From contig CAVPLW010000006.1 of assembly GCA_963706295.1 (NCBI GenBank), positions 337,277 through 401,276 of the forward strand: a DNA stretch of 64,000 nt. The letters run 5' to 3'. The notes under the pieces are model-generated. The model searched no databases and was not told the origin of the DNA. It saw nothing but the letters and a program-made list of their open reading frames with translations. The stretch comes from an uncultured delta proteobacterium (GTDB lineage Bacteria; Desulfobacterota; Desulfobacteria; Desulfobacterales; UBA11574). The position numbers and the translations under genes are program-made. Shown here one piece after another: positions 27,416 through 38,745 of the stretch (positions are counted from its first letter, which is position 1; the number at the start of each line of letters is the position of its first letter).

Positions 27416-28600
27416 TTATTCCAGGGTTTGTTTCCGGCTGGATTTTTTATGAAATTCGCATGTGACCATGGAGGTTACCGATATACAGGTTGCAAGATGA
27501 TCAATAAAGTTTTTAAATGTGGCTTGAAGCTGGTTGTATTCCTGTTGAAAGCTGTCAGGTGACATTTTCTTGAACTCGAGGTTCTTCGAGCCAAAGACGG
27601 AAGCATGAAATGGTTCTTGTCCAAGATCAAGGAACGGAATATTGCCAAAGAGATCTCCCGGATAAAGACTCCCAAGCGGCACATATCCATATTCGGTGTG
27701 CCGGACAATATGAGCGACTCCTTTAGTGATTTCAAACAAATTCTCTTCACCATCCCCCTGGTTAATCACCTGATTTTTGACGTTAATATATTCTTCCAAC
27801 CGTATCTTGTTCAAATGAATATCAACTGCCATATCAGTGACCTGTTTCATCCTTTTATCAAGACTTATGGCAAGGTTTCTAAAAGAATTGGACATACGCA
27901 AGAAGTCAACTGAAAGGCGACGCGCATCGAGCACACCCAGTTGGACATTGGTAACTGCAGAAATTGCCGCACTTCGAACGGTTCCCTCTAACATTAAAAA
28001 AGAAGAAAGACTCCCAATAAATGCGCCTTCACCGATCCTGAGCAATTTTAAGTGGCCTTTCGGAGTTTTTCTGACAATTTCTGCTACACCTTCCAAAATG
28101 ACCCATAACCAGCCACCGTGTTTTCCTTCTGCCACGATCTTGTTGTTTGCACGGAATTCTTCCTCGTCCACGATATACGTATAATCGATGAGAGGTCCCT
28201 TTATAATAGGCATTTTTGATGAATCTCCAAAAGATTGTGATGCGTCGGAAAATGTTAAAGGTCCTAACCGTTCTATCTGGCAATCGTCGAGCATGCTTAA
28301 AGCGTCAAGGATAATTTGCATGCGGCTTTTATTAATAATCCGTTCACAAGAAACACTTTCATCTCTGAATTCAAATTCTCCATCAACCCATCCAAAAAGT
28401 GAGTTCAAAGCATCAAGCCCGACCAATGATCCCGCCGACGCATTCACTGGGTTCCCTTTGACGAAATATATTTTTCCCTGGACTTGGGCATATTTACTTG
28501 TAATACACAGAACACCCGTGCTTGTATTTGAACCGAGAAATTGTAAGATATCACCGAGGCTCAGAAATTTAAGATTACCTGCAAGAGCGAAATTTCCCAT
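27416..28600 (-). CDS. DUF4388 (PATAN-like) domain protein with two cyclic-nucleotide-binding-like domains
   Basis: The N-terminus LKFLSLGDILQFLGSNTSTGVLCI...GKIYFVKGNPVNA...GLDALNSLFGWVDGEFEF is a DUF4388 signature. Two CAP-effector-like beta-barrels follow. The first retains VRSAAISA; the second reads FHASVFG. Confidence 0.7.
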   Translation of the reverse strand: MGNFALAGNLKFLSLGDILQFLGSNTSTGVLCITSKYAQVQGKIYFVKGNPVNASAGSLVGLDALNSLFGWVDGEFEFRDESVSCERIINKSRMQIILDALSMLDDCQIERLGPLTFSDASQSFGDSSKMPIIKGPLIDYTYIVDEEEFRANNKIVAEGKHGGWLWVILEGVAEIVRKTPKGHLKLLRIGEGAFIGSLSSFLMLEGTVRSAAISAVTNVQLGVLDARRLSVDFLRMSNSFRNLAISLDKRMKQVTDMAVDIHLNKIRLEEYINVKNQVINQGDGEENLFEITKGVAHIVRHTEYGYVPLGSLYPGDLFGNIPFLDLGQEPFHASVFGSKNLEFKKMSPDSFQQEYNQLQATFKNFIDHLATCISVTSMVTCEFHKKSSRKQTLE

Positions 28601-28609
28601 TTTTTATAT

Positions 28610-29224
28610 TTACTGTCCTAATTTCATTTCTTTTTTTAATGATATTAATGTTAGCTTAAAGCATTCCTTTAACGTCGCTCCAACACCTTGACCCGTGATA
28701 GCGCTGGCTGGAAAAGAAGGTACTTTAAGCTGTCTGTTTAAATCCCTTTCCATCTGCTCTATAGCCATAATAGGAAGCCCTTCTCCAGCAAGATCTCTTT
28801 TGTTGTGCTGCATGACAAGGGGAATGTTAAAAATGTTGATCCCGTATTCTTTTAAATTATGCTGTAAATCCTTCAAAGACAGCATGTTTTTTTCACGCCG
28901 AACCGCCAGTGAATCGGCGACAAAAATCACACCGTCAACCCCTTTTAATACAAGTTTTCTGGTGGATCTGTATTGAACCTGACCGGGAACTGTGTAAACT
29001 TGAACCGTAACATCAAAGCCTTTTATCTCACCAAGCCCCATGGGAAGAAAGTCAAAGAAAAGGGTCCGATCACCTTCGGTATCAATGGAAACCATTTCGC
29101 CGGTCACTTGTTTTTTATATGACTTATAAATATGCTCCATATTCGTTGTTTTACCACATCTTCCAGGTCCGTAATATACGATTTTACACTCGATCTGTCT
29201 TTTTTTAAGATTTAAAATAGCCAT
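28610..29224 (-). CDS. mglA: MglA-family Ras-like small GTPase
   Basis: It is collinear with Myxococcus MglA: IECKIVYYGPGRCGKTTN, GDRTLFFDFLP (intrinsic Arg), YTVPGQVQY (catalytic Gln), LKGVDGVIFVADS and QHNKRDL. Confidence 0.88.
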   Translation of the reverse strand: MAILNLKKRQIECKIVYYGPGRCGKTTNMEHIYKSYKKQVTGEMVSIDTEGDRTLFFDFLPMGLGEIKGFDVTVQVYTVPGQVQYRSTRKLVLKGVDGVIFVADSLAVRREKNMLSLKDLQHNLKEYGINIFNIPLVMQHNKRDLAGEGLPIMAIEQMERDLNRQLKVPSFPASAITGQGVGATLKECFKLTLISLKKEMKLGQ

Positions 29225-29524
29225 ATAACATCAGCCCCGTATCATTGGATTAGATATGTCAAATCATCACAATATGACATTAAATTAGTATTTCACAAAA
29301 TTTTCTCAAAATTTTCAAGTTCTTTATTGTTTCGTGATTCTTTCCAGATTTAATTTTTCGAGTCAATTCGAATGCTTCGTTAATATTTTGCCGTTATTTT
29401 TGGTAAATATAGATTTTTACAGACAAATCATAGGGTAATCTTTGATAATTATTCAGCCTGAAAAAGAAAATATTAAAGCCTAATGCCCAGATATTAAAAA
29501 AAACATCTTCAACGGTATTATGGT

Positions 29525-30511
29525 CTAATGAACCACAACCTCAATGTCCACGCAGTAATCTCCCCGTAAAGGGCCGATTGTGATTTCTTTTACTGCAGAA
29601 ACTAAACCTGAGCCATTAAACAGGCCAACGTTAGAATAATACTGAACACCATGAATCTCAGATCCAATTTTAAAGTTTTCTATCACATTTTTATCTCTGC
29701 TTGGAATGAGAAGGCTGACAACTTTTCCCAATTGGAACCTGACTTTAAATTCAAATACATGACCTTTTTGAGGGCCGCTGTCCACAGTTATTCCGATGGA
29801 GTTGACATCAAGAACATCCTCACTTTCGGCTTGAGATTCAACTTCACTCTTCTCCAACCCGGCATCCTCTGGTTCGGAAACTTGAACCTGATCATTTTCT
29901 GAAAATACCGCCACCTTAACTTTATCCACCTGTTCTTTCGTCTTTGGAAGCGTTTCTTCAACCCCCTCACTTTTCAAGAGGCTTTCAAAGAAAATAAATA
30001 CTAAATTCAACTGATTAGGATTAAATATATCGTCTAAAAGCCATTTCTTATACTGAGATATGGCTTCATCTATTGAAAAAAGTGTCATATGGCATCTTAA
30101 GATATTCTTGGCAGCATTAACACGGGTCGAATCTCTTTTTAGAAGTTCATTAAAGTCTGATATCGCTCTTTTAAACTGACCGAACTTTGCCAATGCCACT
30201 GCGCCCTCAAGTGCTTTTGCATCTTCATCCACATCGGGTGAAAACGCGTACATCTTTTTAATCAGGTCTTGAATATTTTCTGAGACTTCAGGTTTCTTTG
30301 GGGCCAATTCGATCTTGGAAATATCTTTATTCAACACGTTGATTTTCTTGGAGATTCCCTCAAGAAGGTTTTGTTTGTTTTTGAGTTGTTCGTTGTTCTG
30401 TATGAGTTCGGTTGCATCATTATATTTCGCTATCGCCTCATACAATAACCCCTGGGAATGATAGAGTTCTGCTTCCTTTAACAATGTTTTTATCTTTTTT
30501 ATTATATTCAT
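29525..30511 (-). CDS. TPR-like repeat protein with an acidic linker and a C-terminal beta-rich domain, hypothetical
   Basis: TPR-like helices are present (LYHSQGLLYEAIAKYNDATELI and LAKFGQFKRAISDFNELLKRD). A Glu/Ser-rich linker and a roughly 100-aa beta-rich C-terminus follow. The function is not recognised. Confidence 0.5.
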   Translation of the reverse strand: MNIIKKIKTLLKEAELYHSQGLLYEAIAKYNDATELIQNNEQLKNKQNLLEGISKKINVLNKDISKIELAPKKPEVSENIQDLIKKMYAFSPDVDEDAKALEGAVALAKFGQFKRAISDFNELLKRDSTRVNAAKNILRCHMTLFSIDEAISQYKKWLLDDIFNPNQLNLVFIFFESLLKSEGVEETLPKTKEQVDKVKVAVFSENDQVQVSEPEDAGLEKSEVESQAESEDVLDVNSIGITVDSGPQKGHVFEFKVRFQLGKVVSLLIPSRDKNVIENFKIGSEIHGVQYYSNVGLFNGSGLVSAVKEITIGPLRGDYCVDIEVVVH

Positions 30512-30984
30512 GTTGAACCCCGAGCCACATTGGTAAAGTTTAAATTTTTTGTGATATGATCATGAAGGGATATTCCCTCATGAACCGAAGAAAATGAATT
30601 ATTGATACAATGACATATTATTACATTTTGTTCAATTATTCCATTTAAAAATTTCGAAGAAATTTGTGGAGCCGTGACATGATGAAATAAATATCTTACC
30701 TAAATTGGGCGTTTCAAATCACATTCCCTTTTTATCATTATAATTTCAAAGGTCTAAAATGTCTGCACGTATTTCTTATCCTGCCATACACATTATGTCA
30801 ATAACAAGAAAAATAGATTATCTCATAAATATATTGACAACATTCGATTTTATGTTATCAAAATTACAATGTTATTCTCTTTTGGGTCGTTTTAAACTAA
30901 ATATTTTTTCCCATTCTATCAGCTGAAATACACTGGAAATAATCTTTTTAGCGTTCATCAAGATATCGAAATGCATTAATATAA

Positions 30985-31932
<948 letters not shown>

Positions 31933-31966
31933 TTTAACAGCCACGTTCGCTTCTCTGCGAAAAAGA

Positions 31967-33850
31967 TTACTCGCTCGCCTTCAGGCTGTTTTTAATCTTT
32001 TCCGCTATTTTATAACTGATTCCGGGCAGAACGCTCAACTCCTCCAGTGTTGCTGCCCGGATTTTTTTTATGCTCTTAAAATGCTTTAAAAGAATTAATT
32101 TTCTCTTTTCGCCCACACCCTGAATTGAATCAAGGGAAGAATGCATCAATGTCTTGATCCGCCGCTCACGGTGAAACGAAATGGCAAAACGATGGGCTTC
32201 ATCTCTTATCCGTTCTAAAAATAAAATCAGGTCCCCTTCCCTGCCCAAATTTACAGGATTTGCCTGTCCGGGTTTATAGATTTTGTCCTGTGTTTCCCCT
32301 TTTTTTTCATTTCTTTTTGCAATACTGATGAGTTGAATATTTTTTTCTAGTTTCAAAGACGTTAGGACTGCAACCGCTATGCTTAGTTGTCCTTTGCCAC
32401 CGTCGACCATGAGGATATCGGGATAGGGTTCTGATGTTTTATCCTTACTATATCTCCTATTAAGGACTTCAGCCATACAGGCATAGTCGTCCTTTGCTAC
32501 AGTTGTCTTGAGTCTGTATTTTCGATATAAAGATTTATTCGGCTTTCCTTTTTCAAAAACAACCATACAGGAAACAGCATCTTTTCCTGAAATGCTGGAA
32601 TTATCAAAGCATTCAATCCGAAACGGTATTTTGTCCATCTTCAACCGCTGCTGGAGACGAACAAGAAGTTGGGTATCTTTTGAAACCTCGGCAATGAGCT
32701 CTCGGAGGCTGTTTTTTGCATTTTGACATGCCATCTTAACAAGGCGAACCTTTTCTCCTCGTTTGGGTGATATGATTCTCACTTTTTGCCCTTTGATTTT
32801 ACTGAGTATTTCTTCTGTTAAAAATGCGTCTTCAAGTAGTGTTGGGACCAAAATCTCTTTGGGAACAAAACGTGTTGTATCATAATATTGTCGAATAAAT
32901 TCACCAACCATTTCGGAGTCTGTTGACATCGTCTTCGAAAACTTGAAATTTCGTGTCCCAATAAGAAACCCGCTACGGATAAAAAGAAGCGTAAACATAG
33001 AATTCTCATCAGATCTTGCAATCCCGAGTACGTCCCGGTCTTTAAAATCATTTGTAACCGCCACCTGTTTTTCAAGCGTCTGCTCAAGTGCAAACATTTT
33101 GTCCCTCAAAACCGCCGCTTTTTCATAATCATGCACATTCGCAGCGGAAATCATCTCCTGTTTTATTTTTTTAATCAGATCGGGGGTTCTTCCTTTTAAA
33201 AATAAAACAACCTCTTTTACAATGTTATCATAGATTTTATTGTCCACCTCGAGGCAGCACGGCCCAAGACATGATGCTATTTGGTAGTTGAGACAGGGTC
33301 TTGAACGACGATTAAAATCTTTTTGTTTACACTTTCTGAGCCTGAACGTTTTATGGATGATCTTGAGTGTTTTTTGAACGGCGGCAGAAGAAGAAAATGG
33401 GCCAAAATAAAGGGCACCGTTTTTAGAAATTTTTCTGACTACGGCAAGGTTTGGATATGGATTTTTGATGTCCAACCGCAAAGAGGGGTATCTTTTGTCG
33501 TCTTTTAAAATAACATTATAGCGAGGTTTGTAACGTTTGATAAGGTTCGATTCAAGAATCAAGGCTTCTTTTTCACTATCGGTGATAATTGTATCAAAGT
33601 CCGATATGTTTCGAATAAGAATTTCTGTTTTCATGTCCATTCGTGATGTGCTGTTTCCAATGCGCGCAAAGTATGAAGCCAGCCGTTTTTTTAAACTTCT
33701 GGCTTTACCCACATATATCACTTTACCATGAGCGTCTTTCATGAGATAGACACCGGGCTGGGAAGAAACCTTGGCCAATTTACCTTTGATACTGGATGCT
33801 GGATCCTCCCTGGCAGTTGTTAATTCAAATTTTGTTTTTTTCGATGTCAC
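31967..33850 (-). CDS. uvrC: Excinuclease ABC subunit C
   Basis: It has the GIY-YIG motif (GVYLMKDAHGKVIYVGKARSLKKRL), a UVR domain and a C-terminal (HhH)2 (LDSIQGVGEKRKLILLKHF). Confidence 0.95.
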   Translation of the reverse strand: MTSKKTKFELTTAREDPASSIKGKLAKVSSQPGVYLMKDAHGKVIYVGKARSLKKRLASYFARIGNSTSRMDMKTEILIRNISDFDTIITDSEKEALILESNLIKRYKPRYNVILKDDKRYPSLRLDIKNPYPNLAVVRKISKNGALYFGPFSSSAAVQKTLKIIHKTFRLRKCKQKDFNRRSRPCLNYQIASCLGPCCLEVDNKIYDNIVKEVVLFLKGRTPDLIKKIKQEMISAANVHDYEKAAVLRDKMFALEQTLEKQVAVTNDFKDRDVLGIARSDENSMFTLLFIRSGFLIGTRNFKFSKTMSTDSEMVGEFIRQYYDTTRFVPKEILVPTLLEDAFLTEEILSKIKGQKVRIISPKRGEKVRLVKMACQNAKNSLRELIAEVSKDTQLLVRLQQRLKMDKIPFRIECFDNSSISGKDAVSCMVVFEKGKPNKSLYRKYRLKTTVAKDDYACMAEVLNRRYSKDKTSEPYPDILMVDGGKGQLSIAVAVLTSLKLEKNIQLISIAKRNEKKGETQDKIYKPGQANPVNLGREGDLILFLERIRDEAHRFAISFHRERRIKTLMHSSLDSIQGVGEKRKLILLKHFKSIKKIRAATLEELSVLPGISYKIAEKIKNSLKASE

Positions 33851-33922
33851 TTCTTTAGTTATTTGACCCGATATTTTACGATTTATTGAAATTGCATAAA
33901 AATATGAGAGCGAAACATGAGT

Positions 33923-35917
33923 TCAAAATTCAAAGACAATCATTTCCTTCATGGCTTGGATTTGATCCCGAATTTCAGCGGCCTTTTCAAACTCTAACTC
34001 TTCCGCCGCCTGTTTCATCTCTCTTTCAAGATTTCTGATGATGATATCAAGATTTTCTACAGATTCATATTGTGCAAGTGTTTCTGCCACTCTGTCTTTC
34101 GGTTTATCATTAAACTCAGCCAGCTTTTCAAAAACAGGTGTAATTTCTTTTTCTATGCTTGTCGGCGTAATCGAATGCTGCTTATTGTAAAGTTTCTGAA
34201 TATCTCGGCGCCGGTTTGTTTCGTCGATGGCCCGTTGCATGGATCGGGTCACGAAATCGGCATACATAATCACCTGTCCTCTGACATTTCTGGAAGCGCG
34301 ACCGCAGGTCTGGATCAGTGACCGGGTTGAACGTAAAAAACCCTCTTTATCGGCATCGAGGATGGCCACAAGTGAGACCTCAGGAATGTCGAGCCCTTCA
34401 CGAAGAAGATTGATTCCGATAAGCACATCGAATTCTCCTTTTCTTAAATTGTGGATGATGTCCATTCGTTCCAGAGTGCCGATATCTGAATGAAGATACT
34501 GAACCTTTATCCCCATATCCGAATAATATTCTGTGAGATCTTCAGCCATACGCTTTGTCAGTGTGACAACCAACACCCGTTCATCTCTTTCCATCCGGTG
34601 TTGAATTTCTTCCAATAGATCGTCAACCTGGTATTTGGCTTTTCTCACCTCGATCATCGGGTCGATCAACCCGGTAGGTCTCACAATCTGCTCGACGAGT
34701 TCATTTTTTGCCTCTGCAATTTCATAGTCGGAAGGCGTGGCTGAAACATAAACCACTTGCGATATTTTTGATTCAAATTCTTCAAATGTCAATGGGCGGT
34801 TATCCAGAGCCGACGGCAGTCTGAATCCATATTCAACAAGGTTCCTTTTGCGCGATCTATCCCCTTTATACATGGCTTGAATTTGGGGAATCGCGATATG
34901 GCTTTCATCAATAAACATCAAAAAATCATTTGAGAAATAATCCAAAAGTGTTGGTGGTGGTTCTCCTGGCGATCTTTGCGTTAGGTGGCGGGAATAATTT
35001 TCGATTCCATTACAGTATCCCAATTCCTGCATCATTTCCAAATCAAAGTTTGTCCTTTCTTCAATTCTTTGTGCTTCAATCAGTTTATTTTCATCCCTGA
35101 AATAGTCGATTCTCCGTGTCAATTCAGTCGTGATGGTTTTAACGGCTCTTTTGAGAATATTTTTTTGGGTCACGTAATGGCTGGCCGGATATATGGTAAT
35201 ACGGTTCAAGTGTTTTTTGACAATACCTCTAAGGGGGTCGATCTCGGAAATCGATTCTAACTCGTCTCCAAAAAATTCAATACGAAGCGCATTGTTTTCT
35301 TCATATGACGGAAAAATTTCGACCCGGTCTCCCCTGACCCTGAAAATCCCTCTATAAAAATCGACATCGTTCCTTTCGTAATGTATGGCCACCAGTTCCG
35401 AAAGGAATCTATCCCGTTCGAGCACCATATTTTTTTCCAAGTCAATACGCATGGCCAGATACTCTTCAGGAGCGCCGAGACCGAATATGCACGATACGCT
35501 CGCCACCACAATCACATCCCGGCGGGACAATACCGACCGTGTGGCGGAATGGCGAAGCTTGTCGATCATCTCGTTAATAGAAGAGTCTTTTTGAATATAC
35601 GTGTCGCTTGAAGGGATGTATGCTTCGGGCTGGTAGTAATCATAGTAGCTCACAAAATATTCCACAGCATTTTCAGGAAAGAGAATTCTGAATTCATTAT
35701 AAAGCTGCGCGGCAAGGGTTTTATTCGGAGCGATGACCAGGGCTGGTTTCCCTACGATAGCAATGACATGTGCCATTGTAAATGTTTTTCCTGAGCCGGT
35801 GACGCCCAAAAGAACGCTGTGCTTCTTGCCGGACTGAATCCTTTTGCTTAAGGCACGAATGGCGACTGTTTGATCGCCCTTTGGGGTAAAATCTGAGACT
35901 AACTTAAAGGAAGGCAT
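33923..35917 (-). CDS. uvrB: Excinuclease ABC subunit B
   Basis: Walker [14 protein letters not shown], the DESH box (FIDESH) and a C-terminal UVR motif ([13 protein letters not shown]) are present. Confidence 0.96.
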   Translation of the reverse strand: MPSFKLVSDFTPKGDQTVAIRALSKRIQSGKKHSVLLGVTGSGKTFTMAHVIAIVGKPALVIAPNKTLAAQLYNEFRILFPENAVEYFVSYYDYYQPEAYIPSSDTYIQKDSSINEMIDKLRHSATRSVLSRRDVIVVASVSCIFGLGAPEEYLAMRIDLEKNMVLERDRFLSELVAIHYERNDVDFYRGIFRVRGDRVEIFPSYEENNALRIEFFGDELESISEIDPLRGIVKKHLNRITIYPASHYVTQKNILKRAVKTITTELTRRIDYFRDENKLIEAQRIEERTNFDLEMMQELGYCNGIENYSRHLTQRSPGEPPPTLLDYFSNDFLMFIDESHIAIPQIQAMYKGDRSRKRNLVEYGFRLPSALDNRPLTFEEFESKISQVVYVSATPSDYEIAEAKNELVEQIVRPTGLIDPMIEVRKAKYQVDDLLEEIQHRMERDERVLVVTLTKRMAEDLTEYYSDMGIKVQYLHSDIGTLERMDIIHNLRKGEFDVLIGINLLREGLDIPEVSLVAILDADKEGFLRSTRSLIQTCGRASRNVRGQVIMYADFVTRSMQRAIDETNRRRDIQKLYNKQHSITPTSIEKEITPVFEKLAEFNDKPKDRVAETLAQYESVENLDIIIRNLEREMKQAAEELEFEKAAEIRDQIQAMKEMIVFEF

Positions 35918-36056
35918 GATGTTAGGTATGATATGATTCTTATATAATTAGCAATAGCTTGGATTTTATGGAACTTTTCCGCTTCATGTGCAAACGAAGG
36001 ATATATTTATTATTCTTTCTTAGTGACTTGGTGCCTTAGTGGCAGATACGAATTCA

Positions 36057-37496
36057 TTAATTATTGATCTTCCAAACCGTCTCTTCAGGCCGGTCTTCCA
36101 GAATAACATCCATGTCAGCAAGCTGGTTTCTGATCTGATCGGCCTTTTTCCAATCCTTAGCCTTTCTGGCTGCATTTCTTTCTTCAACCATTTTTGCAAT
36201 CATGGTGGGATCAACGGATTTTTGTTCGAGGACTTGTGTTTGTTTTTTATCAAAATATACAGCGGGTTTCTCAAGTAGTATCCCGAGAATGTTGCCGGTT
36301 CTCCGAATGTCTGCCAGCCCGCATTGTATGGTTTGCTTTATTTGGTCAGAACCGCTGTTTTCATGCTGATCCAACAAACGATTGACCGTGCGAACCGTAT
36401 CAAAAATAATGCCGATGCCACGCGCTGAATTGAAATCGTCGTTCATTACCTCACAAAATTGCTGCCAGCAATCACCAGGTTCAATGTTCTGATCTGAATC
36501 GAGTTCCATTGTTTTATCCACCCGCAAAAGAAGTGCATACATCTTATCAAGTCCCCTGCGGGCTTCGTCCATTGCTTTTTCTGTGAAGTCAACAGGACTG
36601 CGATAATGATTGAAAAGAAGAAAAAGACGCACAACTTCCGGATGATATGTTTTCAAGATATCTTTAATCATCAAAAAATTGCCCAAAGACTTCGACATTT
36701 TTTCCTGATTTATATTTACAAAGCCGTTATGTATCCAGTATTTGACAAACGGTTCTCCGGAAATGCTTTCCGATTGGGCGATTTCATTCTCGTGATGAGG
36801 AAAGCACAGATCCTTGCCGCCGCCATGAATGTCAAAGGTTACTCCCAGATATTCGCTGCTCATGACCGAACATTCTATGTGCCACCCAGGCCTTCCCTTT
36901 CCCCATGGGCTTTCCCAAAACGGTTCTCCGGGTTTGGCAGATTTCCATAAAACAAAATCAAAAGGGTTGTTCTTTCTTTCATTGATATCGACTCTGGCGC
37001 CGGCTTCCATTTCGTCCAGTTTTCGGCCGGAAAGCTTCCCGTATTCCTCGAACTTTTCAACAGAAAAATACACATCACCTTCTACCCGGTATGCAAATCC
37101 CCCTTTAATTAACTTTTCAATGAATTGAATGATCTGTATGATGTGATCGGTAGCTTTGGGTTCTATGGTCGCTCTCTCAACGTTCAGGGCATCCATATCT
37201 TCATAAAATTCTTTGATGAATCTTTCTGCGACTGCAGTTGAGTCAATACCGAGTTGATTTGCCTTGTCGATGATTTTATCATCTACGTCCGTGAAATTTC
37301 TGACATAGAGCACATCATAGCCTATTGCTTTCAGATATCGGGCGATAACATCAAAAACGACCACAGATCTTGCATGCCCAATATGGCAGGAATCATATAC
37401 CGTGGGACCGCAAACATACATTCGAACCTTTCCGGGGTCTAAAGGCTTAAAAACCTCTTTTTTTCTGTTCAGTGTATTAAAAACGCGAAGTGACAT
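36057..37496 (-). CDS. cysS: Cysteine--tRNA ligase
   Basis: The HIGH motif (CHIGHARS) and the KMSKS motif are present in a 479-aa protein. Confidence 0.95.
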   Translation of the reverse strand: MSLRVFNTLNRKKEVFKPLDPGKVRMYVCGPTVYDSCHIGHARSVVVFDVIARYLKAIGYDVLYVRNFTDVDDKIIDKANQLGIDSTAVAERFIKEFYEDMDALNVERATIEPKATDHIIQIIQFIEKLIKGGFAYRVEGDVYFSVEKFEEYGKLSGRKLDEMEAGARVDINERKNNPFDFVLWKSAKPGEPFWESPWGKGRPGWHIECSVMSSEYLGVTFDIHGGGKDLCFPHHENEIAQSESISGEPFVKYWIHNGFVNINQEKMSKSLGNFLMIKDILKTYHPEVVRLFLLFNHYRSPVDFTEKAMDEARRGLDKMYALLLRVDKTMELDSDQNIEPGDCWQQFCEVMNDDFNSARGIGIIFDTVRTVNRLLDQHENSGSDQIKQTIQCGLADIRRTGNILGILLEKPAVYFDKKQTQVLEQKSVDPTMIAKMVEERNAARKAKDWKKADQIRNQLADMDVILEDRPEETVWKINN

Positions 37497-37552
37497 TGTT
37501 TTCTGTCCGTATTTTTTGTTTTAACTTGAGTTTACGGTTTCAAGTTGCGATT

Positions 37553-38020
37553 TTATTCAACAAGTGCGATGCATAAGGCGGCAATACCCTCCCCCTTCCC
37601 CATCATTCCAAGAGTTTCTAATGTCGTTGCTTTAACATTAACACACTCCGGTTCAATTTCAATTGTTCTTGCAATATTTTTTTGCATTGTTTCTTTAAAT
37701 GATGTAATTTTAGGTGCTTCGGCCATAATGGTTGAATCTAAATTGATGACCGTGAAGCCTTTGTCTTTCAAGAATTTATACGTTTTTGAGAGAATTATCA
37801 TGCTTGAAATATCTTTTAACTTTGGATCGGTATCCGGAAAATGAAAACCAATATCACCCAAACCGGCTGCCCCCAACAGTGCGTCGCACACGGCATGAAT
37901 AAGGACATCAGCGTCAGAATGCCCAAGCAGACCTTTTTCAAAAGGAATGGTGACTCCGCCCAATACCAGCTTGCGCCCTTCAACCAACCGATGAACGTCA
38001 TATCCTATACCGATGCGCAT
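37553..38020 (-). CDS. ispF: 2-C-methyl-D-erythritol 2,4-cyclodiphosphate synthase
   Basis: MRIGIGYDVHRL...GHSDADVLIHA is present in a 155-aa protein. Confidence 0.93.
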   Translation of the reverse strand: MRIGIGYDVHRLVEGRKLVLGGVTIPFEKGLLGHSDADVLIHAVCDALLGAAGLGDIGFHFPDTDPKLKDISSMIILSKTYKFLKDKGFTVINLDSTIMAEAPKITSFKETMQKNIARTIEIEPECVNVKATTLETLGMMGKGEGIAALCIALVE

Positions 38021-38187
38021 TTTTCCTCACAATTTTTTATTATAGCCATATTGAAAAACATTCATATATCATATAATAAATATCACAAAAATATAAATTT
38101 ATGCAAAGCCTATAATAAATCACTATTGTCCCAAAACGATCTTATAGTTGAACATGAGTTATTATATTTAACAGTTCATCCGTAAAT

Positions 38188-38364
38188 GTTCGGTTCCAGG
38201 TTCAGGGTTCAAAGTTCAAGGGTTATAATATATGAACAGAAGGTGGGAAGGTGAGAAGATCAGAAGGTCGGCTTTTCTCAGACTTTCCAACCTTCTTACG
38301 TTCTAACTTTCTTAACTTCTTAAAAAATAGGAATCTTCAACATGGAACCGTGAACCTTGAACCC
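38188..38364. repeat. Word-hairpin element, family B copy 1 (GGTTCAAGG / GAAGGT words)
   Basis: It shares about 125 nt of near-identity with 55252..55379. The outer arms ggttcaagggtt and ggaaccgtgaaccttgaaccc are inverted. It carries an extra 24-nt word duplication at 38245-38268. Confidence 0.85.
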
Positions 38365-38386
38365 TCAACCTATATTCATATATGCC

Positions 38387-38575
38387 ATGCCGATTCGAAT
38401 GATAGCACAAGAGCTTTACCGTCTGATCCAAGAAGTGGAAAGGCTGGAGAAAAATTTAAAGAGCGTTCCCTTTGAAAAACAAGCCGAAATCAAAGATCAA
38501 CTTCGCAAAACAAAGGCTGAAAGGGATCGTGTGCATGCGATTCTTGAGGGCAAAAAAGATCACCGGCCCAAATAA
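38387..38575 (+). CDS. Small charged helical protein (62 aa), hypothetical
   Basis: I moved the start to the ATG at 38387 because the ORF-track start at 38357 lies inside repeat B1. The sequence MPIRMIAQELYRLIQEVERLEKNLK looks like a coiled coil. Confidence 0.4.
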   Translation: MPIRMIAQELYRLIQEVERLEKNLKSVPFEKQAEIKDQLRKTKAERDRVHAILEGKKDHRPK

Positions 38576-38745
38576 CCCATACGACGAACAATATGAATCA
38601 ATAAGGGTGTTGTTCGATACATCGAAGCTGGCCATCAAGACCTTTTATAAGATATATAAATTTCATCGTTTTTTTATAAAAACCCGTCAATCTCAATGGA
38701 TGGGTTTTTCTTGTGCTGATAGAGATAGTATGGTATTCGGAAGTT

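Noticed and set aside
28188-28691. A 167-aa plus-strand ORF, and others such as 15017..15514, 44340..44822 and 6326..6772, lying antisense to well-supported genes
   Set aside because: Each is fully contained in a gene with clear family motifs on the opposite strand. None has motifs or start-site signals.
38357-38386. The ORF-track start (MNPQPIFIYA...) of the small ORF at 38357
   Set aside because: The first ten codons are encoded by the terminal arm of repeat B1 (gaaccttgaaccctcaacc). The ATG at 38387 is the more credible start.
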